From the IMG/VR virus record IMGVR_UViG_3300032770_000001, positions 124,001-188,000 of that record: DNA of 64,000 bases. One strand, 5' to 3'. The translations under genes and the position numbers were made by a program. Each line of letters begins with the position of its first letter. Within the stretch, counting starts at the first letter, position 1. Of this stretch, positions 45,796-57,180 are shown piece after piece. A model generated the notes under the pieces. It saw only the letters and a list, made by a program, of their open reading frames with translations. It had not been told where the DNA came from and did not search any database.

Positions 45796-47067
45796 ATGAA
45801 TCTGATCGCCCAATATCCGACTGAGTGGAATGCTGTCGTAGGGCAACAACGAGCCATCAGCATCCTTCAGCACATCCTCAGAAATAGGCATTTCATGACG
45901 CGGGGCTTCTTGCTCTATGGCGTCCTCGGCACGGGCAAGACAGCGACCACGAATCTGCTGGCACGGGCGTTGCTTTGCGAGGTTGATCCTCTCGGCTGCG
46001 GTAAGTGCTCATCCTGCCTGATGGTCACCAAGGACAACTTCGAAGGTTTCGCTAACCATAGCGATTATAAGGGCGTAGACGCAGCGGAGAAATCCGGTGT
46101 GCAGGACGCACGTGATCTGATCGACATCATGACCGGAACCCCCAATGAGGGTAAACGCCGGGTAGTGGTGATCGACGAAGCTCACCGTCTTTCCAAGGAA
46201 GCATGGGATGTGTTCCTAAAACCCCTCGAACAGGGGCGAGAAAACGATATGCGGACGATTTTCATCTTCGTCAGCAATCAACCCGACCTGATCGCAGGCA
46301 CCATTCGGTCACGGCTCACGCGCATTCCGTTTGAGCGGCTCCATGCAGACACAATTCGAGGTTATCTGGCTCAAGTTGCGGCTGCCAATAACATCGAATA
46401 TGAGCTTGACGCTCTTTCCATCATCGCTCGGTATTCTAAAGGCGTCGTTCGGGAAGCCAAGAACATCCTCGGCACCGTAGCGGCATGTGGTAAAGTCACC
46501 ACTGAATTGACCAAGATGATTCTGGATACTTCTCTGGAAGACATCTCGGTCAAAATGCTTCTCGCAGTTGCCCGGAAGGACTTCCGGCAGACTATCGATC
46601 TCGCCGACGAACTTGGACGTAAGGCAGCACCGTCTAAGTGTGTTGAGACCCTGTTCTCCGTTTATGGTCGGGCAATCTTTCAGCCGGAAGAGGACATGCA
46701 GAAGATCGCTAACGGGTTGCCGAATGTCCGTGAGGTTACCGATCTGTTCATCGCTTGGTCGATGACGAAGGACCTACCCACCGACATTCTGCCCGTGATA
46801 GGATATGAACTGTTGCAGCTTGTAGCTGGCGGCGTCCCCGGCGTTAAATCAAAAACCGGACAGCGGCAACCGCGAATGGCGGTGAATGCTGGTTCCGTAT
46901 TGTCGATGCTAAAGACCCCATCAGACGCGGCAATTCGTGAAGGGGCTTTGCCTGAGATTGTAGAGACGGCTGATGATGTCGCCGCGTTCTTAAACACGCC
47001 CCCACCAGTTACAATAGCGGCACCCAAGGTGAGGTTAGATGCAGGAAATCCAGAAGACCCAATGTGA
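45796..47067 (+). CDS. dnaX: Clamp loader, DNA polymerase III gamma/tau-like
   Basis: VGQ, GVLGTGKT Walker A, CGKCSSC, IDEAH, TIRSR. Confidence 0.92.
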   Translation: MNLIAQYPTEWNAVVGQQRAISILQHILRNRHFMTRGFLLYGVLGTGKTATTNLLARALLCEVDPLGCGKCSSCLMVTKDNFEGFANHSDYKGVDAAEKSGVQDARDLIDIMTGTPNEGKRRVVVIDEAHRLSKEAWDVFLKPLEQGRENDMRTIFIFVSNQPDLIAGTIRSRLTRIPFERLHADTIRGYLAQVAAANNIEYELDALSIIARYSKGVVREAKNILGTVAACGKVTTELTKMILDTSLEDISVKMLLAVARKDFRQTIDLADELGRKAAPSKCVETLFSVYGRAIFQPEEDMQKIANGLPNVREVTDLFIAWSMTKDLPTDILPVIGYELLQLVAGGVPGVKSKTGQRQPRMAVNAGSVLSMLKTPSDAAIREGALPEIVETADDVAAFLNTPPPVTIAAPKVRLDAGNPEDPM

Positions 47068-47277
47068 GGATCGAGTGAACAGACCCAAGAAACCGATTGA
47101 GATCATGATCCTCGGCGACTCCGAGGGGGTTGACCAGATCGTTGAGTCCATCGCCATCGCCAAGACGGAAGAACGCTGTGGTTGCCCGTGTCATCAGGGG
47201 GCTCCGGGTCGTTGGCACTGTTTTGCCGATTGCTGTGCTTTGGCTGGGATTCTGCTTCGAGGAAATGTGAGCACGAA

Positions 47278-49197
47278 ATGAGTGAACGAATTGAGATCAT
47301 CGATGGTCTGACTGCTTCGTTCGCATGGGAGGCACACATTCTTAGTTGCCCGGAATGCAAGGGCACGCGGGATAACGGATGGATTTTCCCCATCCTTCGC
47401 GTCGATAAGCCCTGTCCTGAGGCTGTTCGACTGAATGATCTGGTGGAGAAAAGCGGATTCCTGTACAGCACCCCCAAGATCAGTCTGGAAGAGTTCAAGA
47501 AACGCCGCTTCGATTCTGAAGAAAGAGAGCAGACGTATCGCAGCGTCCTGCGAGGAGATGGAAATGCTGATGACCGATGAAACCGCTGCGGGTGTGATGC
47601 TGACTACTCACTGTATGGCTCAGGAGAAGGTTTTTGGGTTGACCATTACCTTCCCACCGGAAGTTGAGGACATCGCTAACATCCCATTCCAAGAATTGAC
47701 CGAGGAGCAGGGCAAGAAACTGATCGAAGCCGGAATGAGGGCGAGACATGAGGCGCTATACGGTAAAGATAACCGACCCGAAATGGGAACCGAACTGCGG
47801 TCGAATAGTTGAGTTCGACATTACGGAAAACAGCCGTTTCATACCGATCATTGAAGAGATGATCTACGAGGCGGACATCGTCGGGCTCAAGGAATTGATG
47901 GACAAATGAGCTACCCTCACGGACAGATTAAGGCATACACGCTGGGGCTCCAATCGAGCTACGACCATGCTCTGGAAGTCGAGCCCATGCCCGTCATGAA
48001 GATCGGCAAGCGTTCGCTGCCCGACGACGTGTATCCGGGCGGTTGGGTATGGCGTTCCTATGAAGACGCCAAAGAGTATATGGACGGTCACAAAGACGAT
48101 GAATTCTTTCGTGGTCGGCAATTCGCCGTGTACCGTCTGACCCTGCCGAATGGTTGGGATATGGATGTCTATGGTCCGGACGCTGACGGCATCCACAACC
48201 TGCTACACGACGCCGTGATCGTAGGCCGCGTTATCAAGATGGATATGACTCGTGAACCGGGAGACTACTGATGTCAGTTGCAAAGAAATATCGCGAAGGA
48301 ACGATTTATCGTCTCGGTGATATGCGGGAAGAGCACCCAGTCAAGGTGTCTCAACTCAAGCCGGGGGAATCCATCAAGGTCGTGACCATTGACCCCGACA
48401 CCAAGGGCGTCAGCACGCTTTATACGGTCTATCGGGCACCCCGCCGCAAGGACGAGAGCCCAATCGAATACTATAAGCGCACCAAATGCGTGGATGACCG
48501 CTACTACTTCAAGTTCGAGGGGCGCTACTACTGCAACCCGGCTCACTGTCGCAAAACATGGACGAACAAGAAGAAGCGTGACGAGCATCTCAAAATGGCT
48601 TACGCCATGCTCGGCTAGGAGATCGTATGGGGCACTACGCATCGGAAATGGACCCGGACTGGGGTAAGATTCAGGATCGAACTGACCGACTCTGGAAATT
48701 GAAGAAAGACCTCGCCAAAGTCCCGATGTCGGAATTCAAGGCTGGTGATGCCTACGAACTCAGTCAGCTTTATTCGGTCGTGGATTTCGGCCTGTTGTCA
48801 GATGAGACTATCGAACGTTTCGAAAAGATTGCTAGACGATTCAAATCCCGTCCCCGGTGGAAGATCGATGGCGACATGGTATAGATTCGAGGACTATCTG
48901 TCCGCCGATGATTGGGGTTCTTACGTCAACGTCCGGCTGCGCACTTTCGAGGTCATCAAAGAGACCCCCAAAGGCGTCTGGCTCCGGCTGTACGAGTTCA
49001 CCAACATGAAGCGGTTCGTCCGCAATGACAGTAGAAAGAAATTCGCCTGCCCCACGAGGGAGCAGGCGTTAGAGTCCTTCCTTGCCCGGAAGACCAAGCA
49101 AGCCAAAATCCTCAAGGCGCAACTGCGGCGTGTGGAGGAAGCGATCCAGATCGCAAAGCAGCAAGACGCAAGGCGTCCGATTCTAAGCTTGACTTGA
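47278..49197 (+). other. Run of small hypothetical ORFs (47278, 47564, 47906, 48271, 48627, 48868)
   Basis: Tiling ORFs with RBS or overlaps. Confidence 0.6.
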
Positions 49198-49200
49198 TTG

Positions 49201-49737
49201 TTACTGAAATCGAGCCCGAATTCCCGCTAGAAGACGCTCCCGTTTAACGGGATCAGTCCACTGGTTTCTGGCGGCGGTCGCAATGCTTTTATTGTGTTTT
49301 GCGGTATGTTTCTTACCCTTACGGGTTTGACCCATTTTCAACCTAGTTTCTATCGAGAGTTCTTTCCCCTTCCAATGTGATCTCCCGGTCGGCACACCCG
49401 CATGAGCTAATCTCATTTTTGCGCGGCTTTCGTCGGTATGTTGTCCACCAAACCCCGCCCCACCTGCGGTACGGTTGTAGCCCGAAGGGATCATTGAGTT
49501 GTACTCAGTGATATAGCGTGCTTCTAGGGCATTAAGCTCTTTGCGGGAGGTTGCTCTATCGATCTCAACTATTGTGAAAACCTTCGAACCGTATTTTCGA
49601 ATTGCACAGTGGATCGGAAAGCGGCTTTTGCCACGAGCAGCCTTTAGATGAAGACCCCACCGTCTCTCTAATGACTGACATGTCTGTCCGACATAAAGTT
49701 TTTTGTTTATGGTGTTGCGGATGAGGTAAACGATCAT
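49201..49737 (-). CDS. GIY-YIG homing endonuclease with a NUMOD3-like tail
   Basis: IVYLI...LYVGQT...R...H...E...GYN; HTDESRAKMR. Confidence 0.92.
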   Translation of the reverse strand: MIVYLIRNTINKKLYVGQTCQSLERRWGLHLKAARGKSRFPIHCAIRKYGSKVFTIVEIDRATSRKELNALEARYITEYNSMIPSGYNRTAGGAGFGGQHTDESRAKMRLAHAGVPTGRSHWKGKELSIETRLKMGQTRKGKKHTAKHNKSIATAARNQWTDPVKRERLLAGIRARFQ

Positions 49738-49919
49738 GGTTTTTTCTTCCGATGCCATTTTTGGGGACGGTTCCAATACGGGTTTTTGCAATTTCCACAA
49801 GCAGTTGGGATAGGGGTTGTCCAAACCCCATTTTCTAGGACCGGACGAGGAATCCATCGGTGTCCGCATCGCTCGCAAGTGCATTCGGTCGCCTGCAACG
49901 AAATTTGTCGTTGTCCCAC
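49734..49919 (-). CDS. Small Zn-ribbon protein
   Basis: CERCGHRW...CGNCKNPYW; ATGA overlap with the GIY-YIG gene. Confidence 0.7.
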   Translation of the reverse strand: MGQRQISLQATECTCERCGHRWIPRPVLENGVWTTPIPTACGNCKNPYWNRPQKWHRKKKP

Positions 49920-49975
49920 GATATATTTATACCAAAGTCTAAACTTTTGTTCAAACTGCGGTATTACATATCTGT

Positions 49976-51220
49976 ATGATCTTGGAATATGGTGATACTT
50001 CCAAACTCAAGGGCCTTTCATGGTATATGCTTGAACTCAGAAGCGACAAAACCGTTGAGCCCACCATGAAGCGACTCGGCGGCGAGTTGAAGGGAATTTT
50101 CCGCAACGACCCCATCGAAGTCTTCGTTCCAGTCCAGAACCGCGACCTCGACACTTTCGATATGTCCACGCTCCAGTACGTGTTCGTCCGGAGCAATAAT
50201 TTCCAGTCCCTTCTCCGGCTCAGACAGGTGACCGGGGCGTGCGGATTGGTGACCAAAGGTGAGTCCAACCGTCCCTCCGATGCCATCCCCGTGGACGATG
50301 AATACGTGCAGGGGCTCGTCCACGACGCCGAGGAGGAGCACCGCAAGCGTGCGGTCGGCATCGAGGTCGGCAGCTTCGTTCGTATCCTCCAAGGGCAGAC
50401 TCGTGACTTTTGCGGCACCGTGGAGATCGTCGGCGATGGCAAGGCGGTCGTCAAGATCACCCTGTTGACCAAGTACATCATGCTGGAGACCCCGATCCGC
50501 AATCTTTTGAAGCTCCCGGACGTACCCGCCAACAAGCGGGTCTACTATTTCGGTCCGCTGGTGAACGACCTGAGCCCGGAGGAACTCTCCCTGATCGAAC
50601 AAGACCTCCATCTTGACGATTCCATGCCCGTAGAGGTCATGGAAGAGCAGCAGGCTGAGGAGCCTAAACGTCATTCGCGGCAGCGCACGGTCACGGCATT
50701 GGTCAAGAAGCTGGTTCTGCTGGAAGGGCTGCATAATCCGTTGGAAATTGCCCGTGTGGTGCTCGAAGCCCTCAAGAACGATGAGATTAAGGCTCCCAAG
50801 AACCTGTTCATCATCTACGGGATCATCAAAGACCGCCTGATGAAGGACTATTTTTTGGTGAAAGACCCGGAAGTCAAGACCTATCGTGACGTGATCCACA
50901 AATACGGCAAGGCTTACAAGTTTTCTGCGAATCAGATTGCTAAGTTAGACGCGGCAATCAACATCCCGATCAACACGTCGGAGCCAGCCGATGAGGTCGT
51001 GGTGGTCGAGAAGAAGCAACGCGGTCCGAAAAAACGCCGCAAGCTTCCTCACGACAAGTGCAACACCTGCTACCACACCCGCGAGCAGCATAAGCCGACT
51101 CCGAAGGGTAGCTGGGGACGTTGTTCCGGCATCAGCGATCACACGATTCACTCGTGGGTCAAGCCGGGAACCTCAAACCCGTGCACGTGTGTCCGATTTA
51201 AGGAAAGAGCAGTCAAGTAG
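49976..51220 (+). CDS. nusG: NusG-family (NGN plus KOW) transcription factor with a C-terminal extension
   Basis: WYML...EVFVP...YVFV NGN domain; VGSFVRILQG...GTV KOW domain; about 240 extra residues. Confidence 0.8.
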   Translation: MILEYGDTSKLKGLSWYMLELRSDKTVEPTMKRLGGELKGIFRNDPIEVFVPVQNRDLDTFDMSTLQYVFVRSNNFQSLLRLRQVTGACGLVTKGESNRPSDAIPVDDEYVQGLVHDAEEEHRKRAVGIEVGSFVRILQGQTRDFCGTVEIVGDGKAVVKITLLTKYIMLETPIRNLLKLPDVPANKRVYYFGPLVNDLSPEELSLIEQDLHLDDSMPVEVMEEQQAEEPKRHSRQRTVTALVKKLVLLEGLHNPLEIARVVLEALKNDEIKAPKNLFIIYGIIKDRLMKDYFLVKDPEVKTYRDVIHKYGKAYKFSANQIAKLDAAINIPINTSEPADEVVVVEKKQRGPKKRRKLPHDKCNTCYHTREQHKPTPKGSWGRCSGISDHTIHSWVKPGTSNPCTCVRFKERAVK

Positions 51221-51253
51221 AAAAAGTAGCGTAACGCCAAAAGGCGTAATGGA

Positions 51254-52060
51254 GTGTTTATGGCAACAGCAACATCACCAAAAACAGGCGGCGAACTGGG
51301 TAAGATTCGCGCATTTCTTCTGGATCACGAGCGTCTTCTGATCGTCCTCGTGGCAGCGGTTGTGATCTATCTCGGCTACGTGAAGGTCACCAACATCATC
51401 GCCAATCACGATAATGCGCAATTACAGCAACAGAAGCTCATCAACGAGCAACAAGCGGCGAAGAACCAAGCCATGCTCGAACAGCAGCAGAAGGACGATG
51501 TCCTGCGTCAGCAGGAGGAAGCGGCTCGCGAGGCTGAGGCGCAGAAACTTCAGGCTCAGAATCAGGCTCTCGTGAACGCGAACACGGCCTTAGCAGCCGC
51601 CCTGAGCAAACAGCAAAAGCAAGACGCTACGCTCGCTCCGACCGAATTGGCAGCCCGCTGGCAGCAATTGGTGCCCGCAGCCCCGCCTGCGAGCGTTACA
51701 GTCGCGGCAGACGGCAATATGCAGACAACTCCAGCAGCAGCCGTGGCGACGGTTCAGCAATTGGAGCAAGTCCCGGCCTTGACTCAGCAGCTAGCTAATG
51801 AGAAGACGCAGGAAGCCAACGATCAGACCATGTTAGCTTCCGCGAACACAGCCATTGGAAACCTCAACTTGAGTCTTACGGACCGAGACAAGCGCATCGA
51901 TGGTTTGAACCTCACCATTACGGGCAATCAGAAGCAGTGCGAGGATGAAAAGAAGGTCATCAAGGATCAGGCCCGCAAATCGAAACGTCGCTGGTTCATC
52001 ATCGGCTATGTCGCGGGGTTTGTGTCCCGTCAGGTCATAAAAAGCTACACGGGACTGTAA
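51254..52060 (+). CDS. Membrane-anchored Q/A-rich coiled-coil protein (spanin-like?)
   Basis: N-terminal TM segment, long coiled coil, hydrophobic C-terminus. Confidence 0.6.
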   Translation: MFMATATSPKTGGELGKIRAFLLDHERLLIVLVAAVVIYLGYVKVTNIIANHDNAQLQQQKLINEQQAAKNQAMLEQQQKDDVLRQQEEAAREAEAQKLQAQNQALVNANTALAAALSKQQKQDATLAPTELAARWQQLVPAAPPASVTVAADGNMQTTPAAAVATVQQLEQVPALTQQLANEKTQEANDQTMLASANTAIGNLNLSLTDRDKRIDGLNLTITGNQKQCEDEKKVIKDQARKSKRRWFIIGYVAGFVSRQVIKSYTGL

Positions 52061-52091
52061 AAATTCGAGTATTACATATTCAGGAGACAAC

Positions 52092-53504
52092 ATGAAAATC
52101 ATTTTCCTATTCGACCAGCTTGATGCAGAAGGCAAGGTCGTTTCCGCCAACACCAACCCCTACGTCGTTGCACCAGAGAACCTGCAAATGAAGCAGCTTG
52201 CTCCGGGGCAGACGGGGATCGGACTCACCGTGTCGCAGAAGAACGATAAGGGTGAGGATGTTCCACAGTTCGTTTCGATCATCCAATTCCCGGTCAATAC
52301 AATTCCGGCACTTCCGACGCTCGACGCCGAAATCGAATACCTGAAGAGCTTGCTCACGCAGAAGATCGCGGCTCAGTCGGTGGAAGCGGAAGTCGCCAAG
52401 GCAAAGGCTGCGGCAGCAACAGCGACTCCGGCAGCGGAAGCACCGAAGGTTAATGGTGCGGCTAAGCCGAAGAAGGCGAAGAAAAGCTCGAAGTAAGTTC
52501 AGGACGTAAGTGGCGATGATCCAGTCACTTACCCCTGAATGAGAGCGGTTCACGCAATATTGGAGTATTGAATGGACGCAGTGAAGGTTCTCAATCGCGA
52601 GTACGCGGATAACCCGTATGTGTTCGAGGATGATCCGTCTTGGTTGCTCATCGCGCTTAAAGCGGGTGAGATCAAGACAGAGTTCCGCAGCGAGGACTAC
52701 TGGTACTACGTGGTTCGGACTCCGTCCGGCTTAAAGGACGCGACACCCGGCGATCTGATCGTTCACTTGGCGGATGGTTCGCTCGATGTTTTCGTTCGGA
52801 AGGACAACTAAATGAAGGTTGAAAAAGTCACAGTACATCGGCTGACTGTCGAACGTGAATGTGGTTGCACGGCGACCCGTGAGTATACGGACCCACAATA
52901 CAAAGAGCCCATTGACAAGGGTGTCTACGAAGCTTGCAAGAAACACAAGGCGAAGGCCGATCTTGCCGAGATGATGGGCATGATTATGCTCGAAGACTTG
53001 GAGCGTGAAGCTCAGGTTCAGGCGGCTCCCCCGACCCCACAGTATGCTCCTCTCCGCGTGCCAAACGCGACTCCAACGACTTTAGACGGTACCACATCCG
53101 ATGGTGGTGAAGTCACCAGTGTGCCGATCACTCGTCCACGTCCACGTATACAAGCGGCTCCGGTTGCCAATGGCGGCGGGGGCGGTGGTCGCCAAGTTCC
53201 GCAAAGTAGCGGACAAGGGCCGCGTCGTGATCCGACGCAGGTTCGCACCGTCAATCGCGATCATGCAGCGGTGGGACGCCGAGGTCAGTTGACTGGACGC
53301 GCCCCGGTCACTAGCGTCACGGCGAGTTCTCCGGCAGCGGGTGCTCCAAAGCGTGGCGAGGTAGTGCAGGTCGGCGATGTCGAACTGGCAACCCCCGGCT
53401 TTGATCTTGACATAGGTGAAGAAGTTCCAGAAGACCCACGTGCAACACGCCTTATTGAGGCGGCATTGTTGCCCGATCTCGAAGACGATCCAACACAGGC
53501 ATAA
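52092..53504 (+). other. Three hypothetical ORFs (52092, 52572, 52812)
   Basis: RBS present; 52812 has CGC/C..H and a P/G-rich tail. Confidence 0.65.
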
Positions 53505-53507
53505 ATC

Positions 53508-53900
53508 ATGAAAAAGTTAGACGTAAAAAAAGAAAAAGGACAGCCCGAAAAATCAGTCAAATCCGCTCGGTATGCGCATGTGACTCTCGTGTTGGCACCG
53601 GAGATTCCATGTTCCGAAGTTTCGGCACTGGAAAAGCATTATCAGGAAGCCATTGACGACCCGAACTATTCGGTTATCGTCAATTACGACCTGTATACCA
53701 AGGACGCCTTCTTTAACGTTGACGAAGAGTTCGTTGTGTTGACCGCTCCCGGTCTTCCCCTTGAAGAACTGCGCAAGTTTCGCAAAAAATTCGACCGTGC
53801 GGTACGTCTTTCCAAGAAGACGAAAGGCCGCGTGTACATTTTTGCCAATTACGATGTGACCGTTGAAACTCGCCTCGCGGCGGGATCGATTCTTCACTAA
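53508..53900 (+). CDS. Small protein made of two copies of a portal-like segment
   Basis: 22/35 identity by eye to the portal residues encoded at 25514-25618. Confidence 0.75.
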   Translation: MKKLDVKKEKGQPEKSVKSARYAHVTLVLAPEIPCSEVSALEKHYQEAIDDPNYSVIVNYDLYTKDAFFNVDEEFVVLTAPGLPLEELRKFRKKFDRAVRLSKKTKGRVYIFANYDVTVETRLAAGSILH

Positions 53901-55675
53901 TGCCTAAGACACGCAACCATCAGACGGGACGCCAGATTACAGTCGAATGCATTCCGTGCTACGACGAAGAGGGCAGCCGCGCCTGTATTCGGCATCACCA
54001 CAAAAACCCGCATCCAATCTATAACGACCCCACCAATCCGGCGTTAGCTCCGTTGACGGATGACAATCCGTTCATTCGCCGGGGTAAGCAGGATCGTGAC
54101 GAGCGGAAAGCGATGCTGACTGCGTTCAAGAAAAAGTACATCGGGTATTATGCACCATCCTCGGCTCTGTTCGGCAGTGAGCCGTACATCGAGATCGATG
54201 GGGATTTGAATGTGCACGGTGCCAGTGCGGAACACGACATCGTGTTCTATCGCGCTGGATGGGATGCGGCTTTCGAGTACCTCAGAAAACGTCTCAATGG
54301 ATAACGATTGGAATCCGAAGCATTTCGACGAGTGGGGTAATGAATACGTCCTCGACGAGAACGGTCGGCGGTTGCCGCCGATGCAGGCTGAGCCCAAAAA
54401 ATCCAGTGGATTCACCTATTACGACAGTTCCCAACATTGCGGTCTTTGCGGTAGAATGGACTGTAGAGGAACCTGTTTCAAATGAGATGTCAATGGGACG
54501 CATCGTCTTGGCCCTCAGGGGGCTATCTCTTAGAGTTTGATGAGAAACTTTGCTGCGGCAAACCCGGTCGTTTTCTAAACGACCCACAACACCCAGCTTG
54601 GCTCTGCGAAGATCACTACGCCGAATGGATGTCCACTCCGGGAATCGCCGATGACATCTGCAACCTTTGTAAATCCTATCCTTGTGAACTCTGGTGCAAG
54701 TACGAGTATCCAATTGACTTGCGTCCTGTTATAGTAGAGGCTGACCATGTCTCCGAAACAGAAACCCGGCAAGACCAAGGCGATTCAGGAAGCCCACGCG
54801 AAGGTACGCGCTGAGCAACATTACGGCATCAGCCTGAACAATGAAGATCGCCGGAACATCGTCAAGATGATTCAGGGAGATGGGGAAGGTGCACAGTTCG
54901 TTGGGCGCACGTCCAACCGTGCCTCTTTGTGGAAGGTCGATTACAACGACGTTTCCATGAACGTGGTATACGACAAGACCCGGCATTCCATCAACACCGT
55001 TTTACCCACAAATGCTGTGGAATTCTCGTGCTCCGTGAAGCAATCTCAGACCACTCCCGATTGTATTGAATGTCAGCAAACGCCCTGCCAGTGCCCCGGT
55101 AATTGGTCGGACTACGACTTCTCTAAGTAGGGGGTTCTGTTATGCTTCTTTACTACACCAAAGGCTATCACAACGCTTTTGTTCGTTTCCTGCACAGCTT
55201 CTTCATCCAGATGCCGTTGACAGTCTGGTTTCGTTTCATCAGCATCCTGTTCTTTTGGCAGAAAGCCACATTCGTCAATCACAGTGGGCTGAGCGATCAG
55301 CAACTCGCAGACATCTGGAAGCAGGTGCAGCAGACAACTGCCACACAGCCGTTCCAGACTGGTGACGGAGCCAAACCCGGCGATCCGCGTGCTCTCACGC
55401 TCCAACCGAAAAACCTTACGGTCACGGCGGTGCCGGACTGGAAGATTTCCGATCTGATAAAGATCGACCCGGCGTGGGCGAAGGACAAAGACCCGTCAGG
55501 TTCATTTGCCGTCATCGACAACGGTCTGCTCGGCTACGAAACCGTGGCAGGCATCACGCTGTGCTGGTATAAGCCGCGCATCTACGGCGCTGCGAGTGTT
55601 ATGGCGGCGGTTCTTCAATGGGAGTTCCAGAACGTCATCCTCAACAAGCTTGGCTACAGCGTCGAAGGTCGATAG
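53900..55675 (+). other. Run of small hypothetical ORFs (53900, 54297, 54482, 54747, 55142)
   Basis: Tiling ORFs. Confidence 0.6.
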
Positions 55676-57180
55676 GCTTTAACGCCCCGGTACAGGGCTG
55701 AGGCTTGAACGATCAGCTTGTGGTCCGCCGCCAGTACGGGCTCGTAATGGGTGTCCCAATATCCGAGCCCGTACCCTTTCCAACACTGGAGGCTGATGGT
55801 GTGGGACAGCTTGGGGCGTCCGCACTTCCGGCAGCGTAATTCTACAGTATCCGCCACGCGACCAGTCTATCACGGAACAGGCAACCCGCCACGAATAGAA
55901 CGATCAGCGTCGGCACAAAGACCGCGAAGAGCCGCCACGGTTTGAGAATCAGCATCGCGATCAGGTTGCAGATCAAAGCTACTCCGAGTGCGATAGGCAT
56001 ACTTCCTCCGATTTTGTGCCGTCCTGATGGACGATGGTGTGGTCGTGCGACAGCATGAGAAGCATCCGATCAAGGATGTCCAGCGCCCATTTGTCCAGAT
56101 CACGCGAGGACAACTGTTGCGGCATGTGCGCGTTGAGTCCTTGACCCTTCCACGGCTGCGTCATTGAATCTTGCTTCCAATCTGGCTGAACACGTTGCTA
56201 GCGTTCGAGCCGATGAGACGGACGACGCTCAGGGCGATCACCAAGATGATCGCCAGCATTACCGCGTATTCCGCAACATCCTGTCCTGATTCGTCCTTCC
56301 AAAGATACTTCAACATATTGGGGGCTCCCTTCTTTATTGCCAGTCTGATGCGTCCGGAATTGGTGCACCTTCGTCGCACTTCTTCGACTCCTCGCGGAAT
56401 CGCTCGATGTGCTTCTGACAGAAAGCTTCCAGTGCACCCATACTGTCGAAAAAGTCGGTGACGGTTCCATAACGGATACCCGCGTCCGGCTCCCCATGCC
56501 AACCGATGGCGTAAACTGGTTGACTCATCACGCCCTGATCGGTCAGAACGGTCACGTCGAACAATTCGCAGACTTCTTTCACAGCCGGATAATCCACCTG
56601 TGTGCTGTTGCTCATTTGACCCTCCGCGCCTCTACGAATCTGTAATTCTCCCATCCCTTAGTCTCGGCGTAAATACCACCAGCGTGCCATTTGTTGTCAG
56701 TCGTCTGGTAGGTGCTCATCCAAGCCGCAGGCGTATCGACGTGAAAGCTTTTCTTCTGCACCACGGTGCCGTCCGGCAGGGTCGCTTCGTAGGTCGATGC
56801 CTTCTTACCGCGAGTCGCTCCCACGCCGCCGCGTTGACCATAGGTGTTGCCTTCTTCGCCGTCGAATTTGCCGCGATAGTTGCTCATTGCTTCGGTTCCT
56901 CCGGGACGATTGTGTCGGTGTCAATCACGAACCGCAACGGCTTGGTCTCGACGCCCCTTGCCGCCCGAATCCTCCGGGCGATGTCCGCCAGATTGATTGG
57001 CGGTAACGGAAGCGGATAGATGGTCGGAGCAGGTTTGGAATCACCAAACGATACTTCTACGACCGGGTTGCTCTGCTTCGACGTGACCGAGATCGTGTCG
57101 GCAGCTTTAACTCGACCTGACGGTTCCTGCGCGAACGCCGGAACCGCAAACACTATGCACAGCAGAATGCGATATCGCAT
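55654..57180 (-). other. Leftward operon of small coupled ORFs (56884, 56612, 56334-56615, 55979, 55654)
   Basis: ATGA overlaps; 56884-57180 has a signal peptide. Confidence 0.6.
56161..56316 (-). CDS. flp: Flp (type IVb/Tad) pilin, 51 aa
   Basis: GGAG RBS; MLKYLWKDESG|QDVAEYAVMLAIILV: prepilin G|xxxxEY motif followed by a TM helix. Confidence 0.85.
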   Translation of the reverse strand: MLKYLWKDESGQDVAEYAVMLAIILVIALSVVRLIGSNASNVFSQIGSKIQ

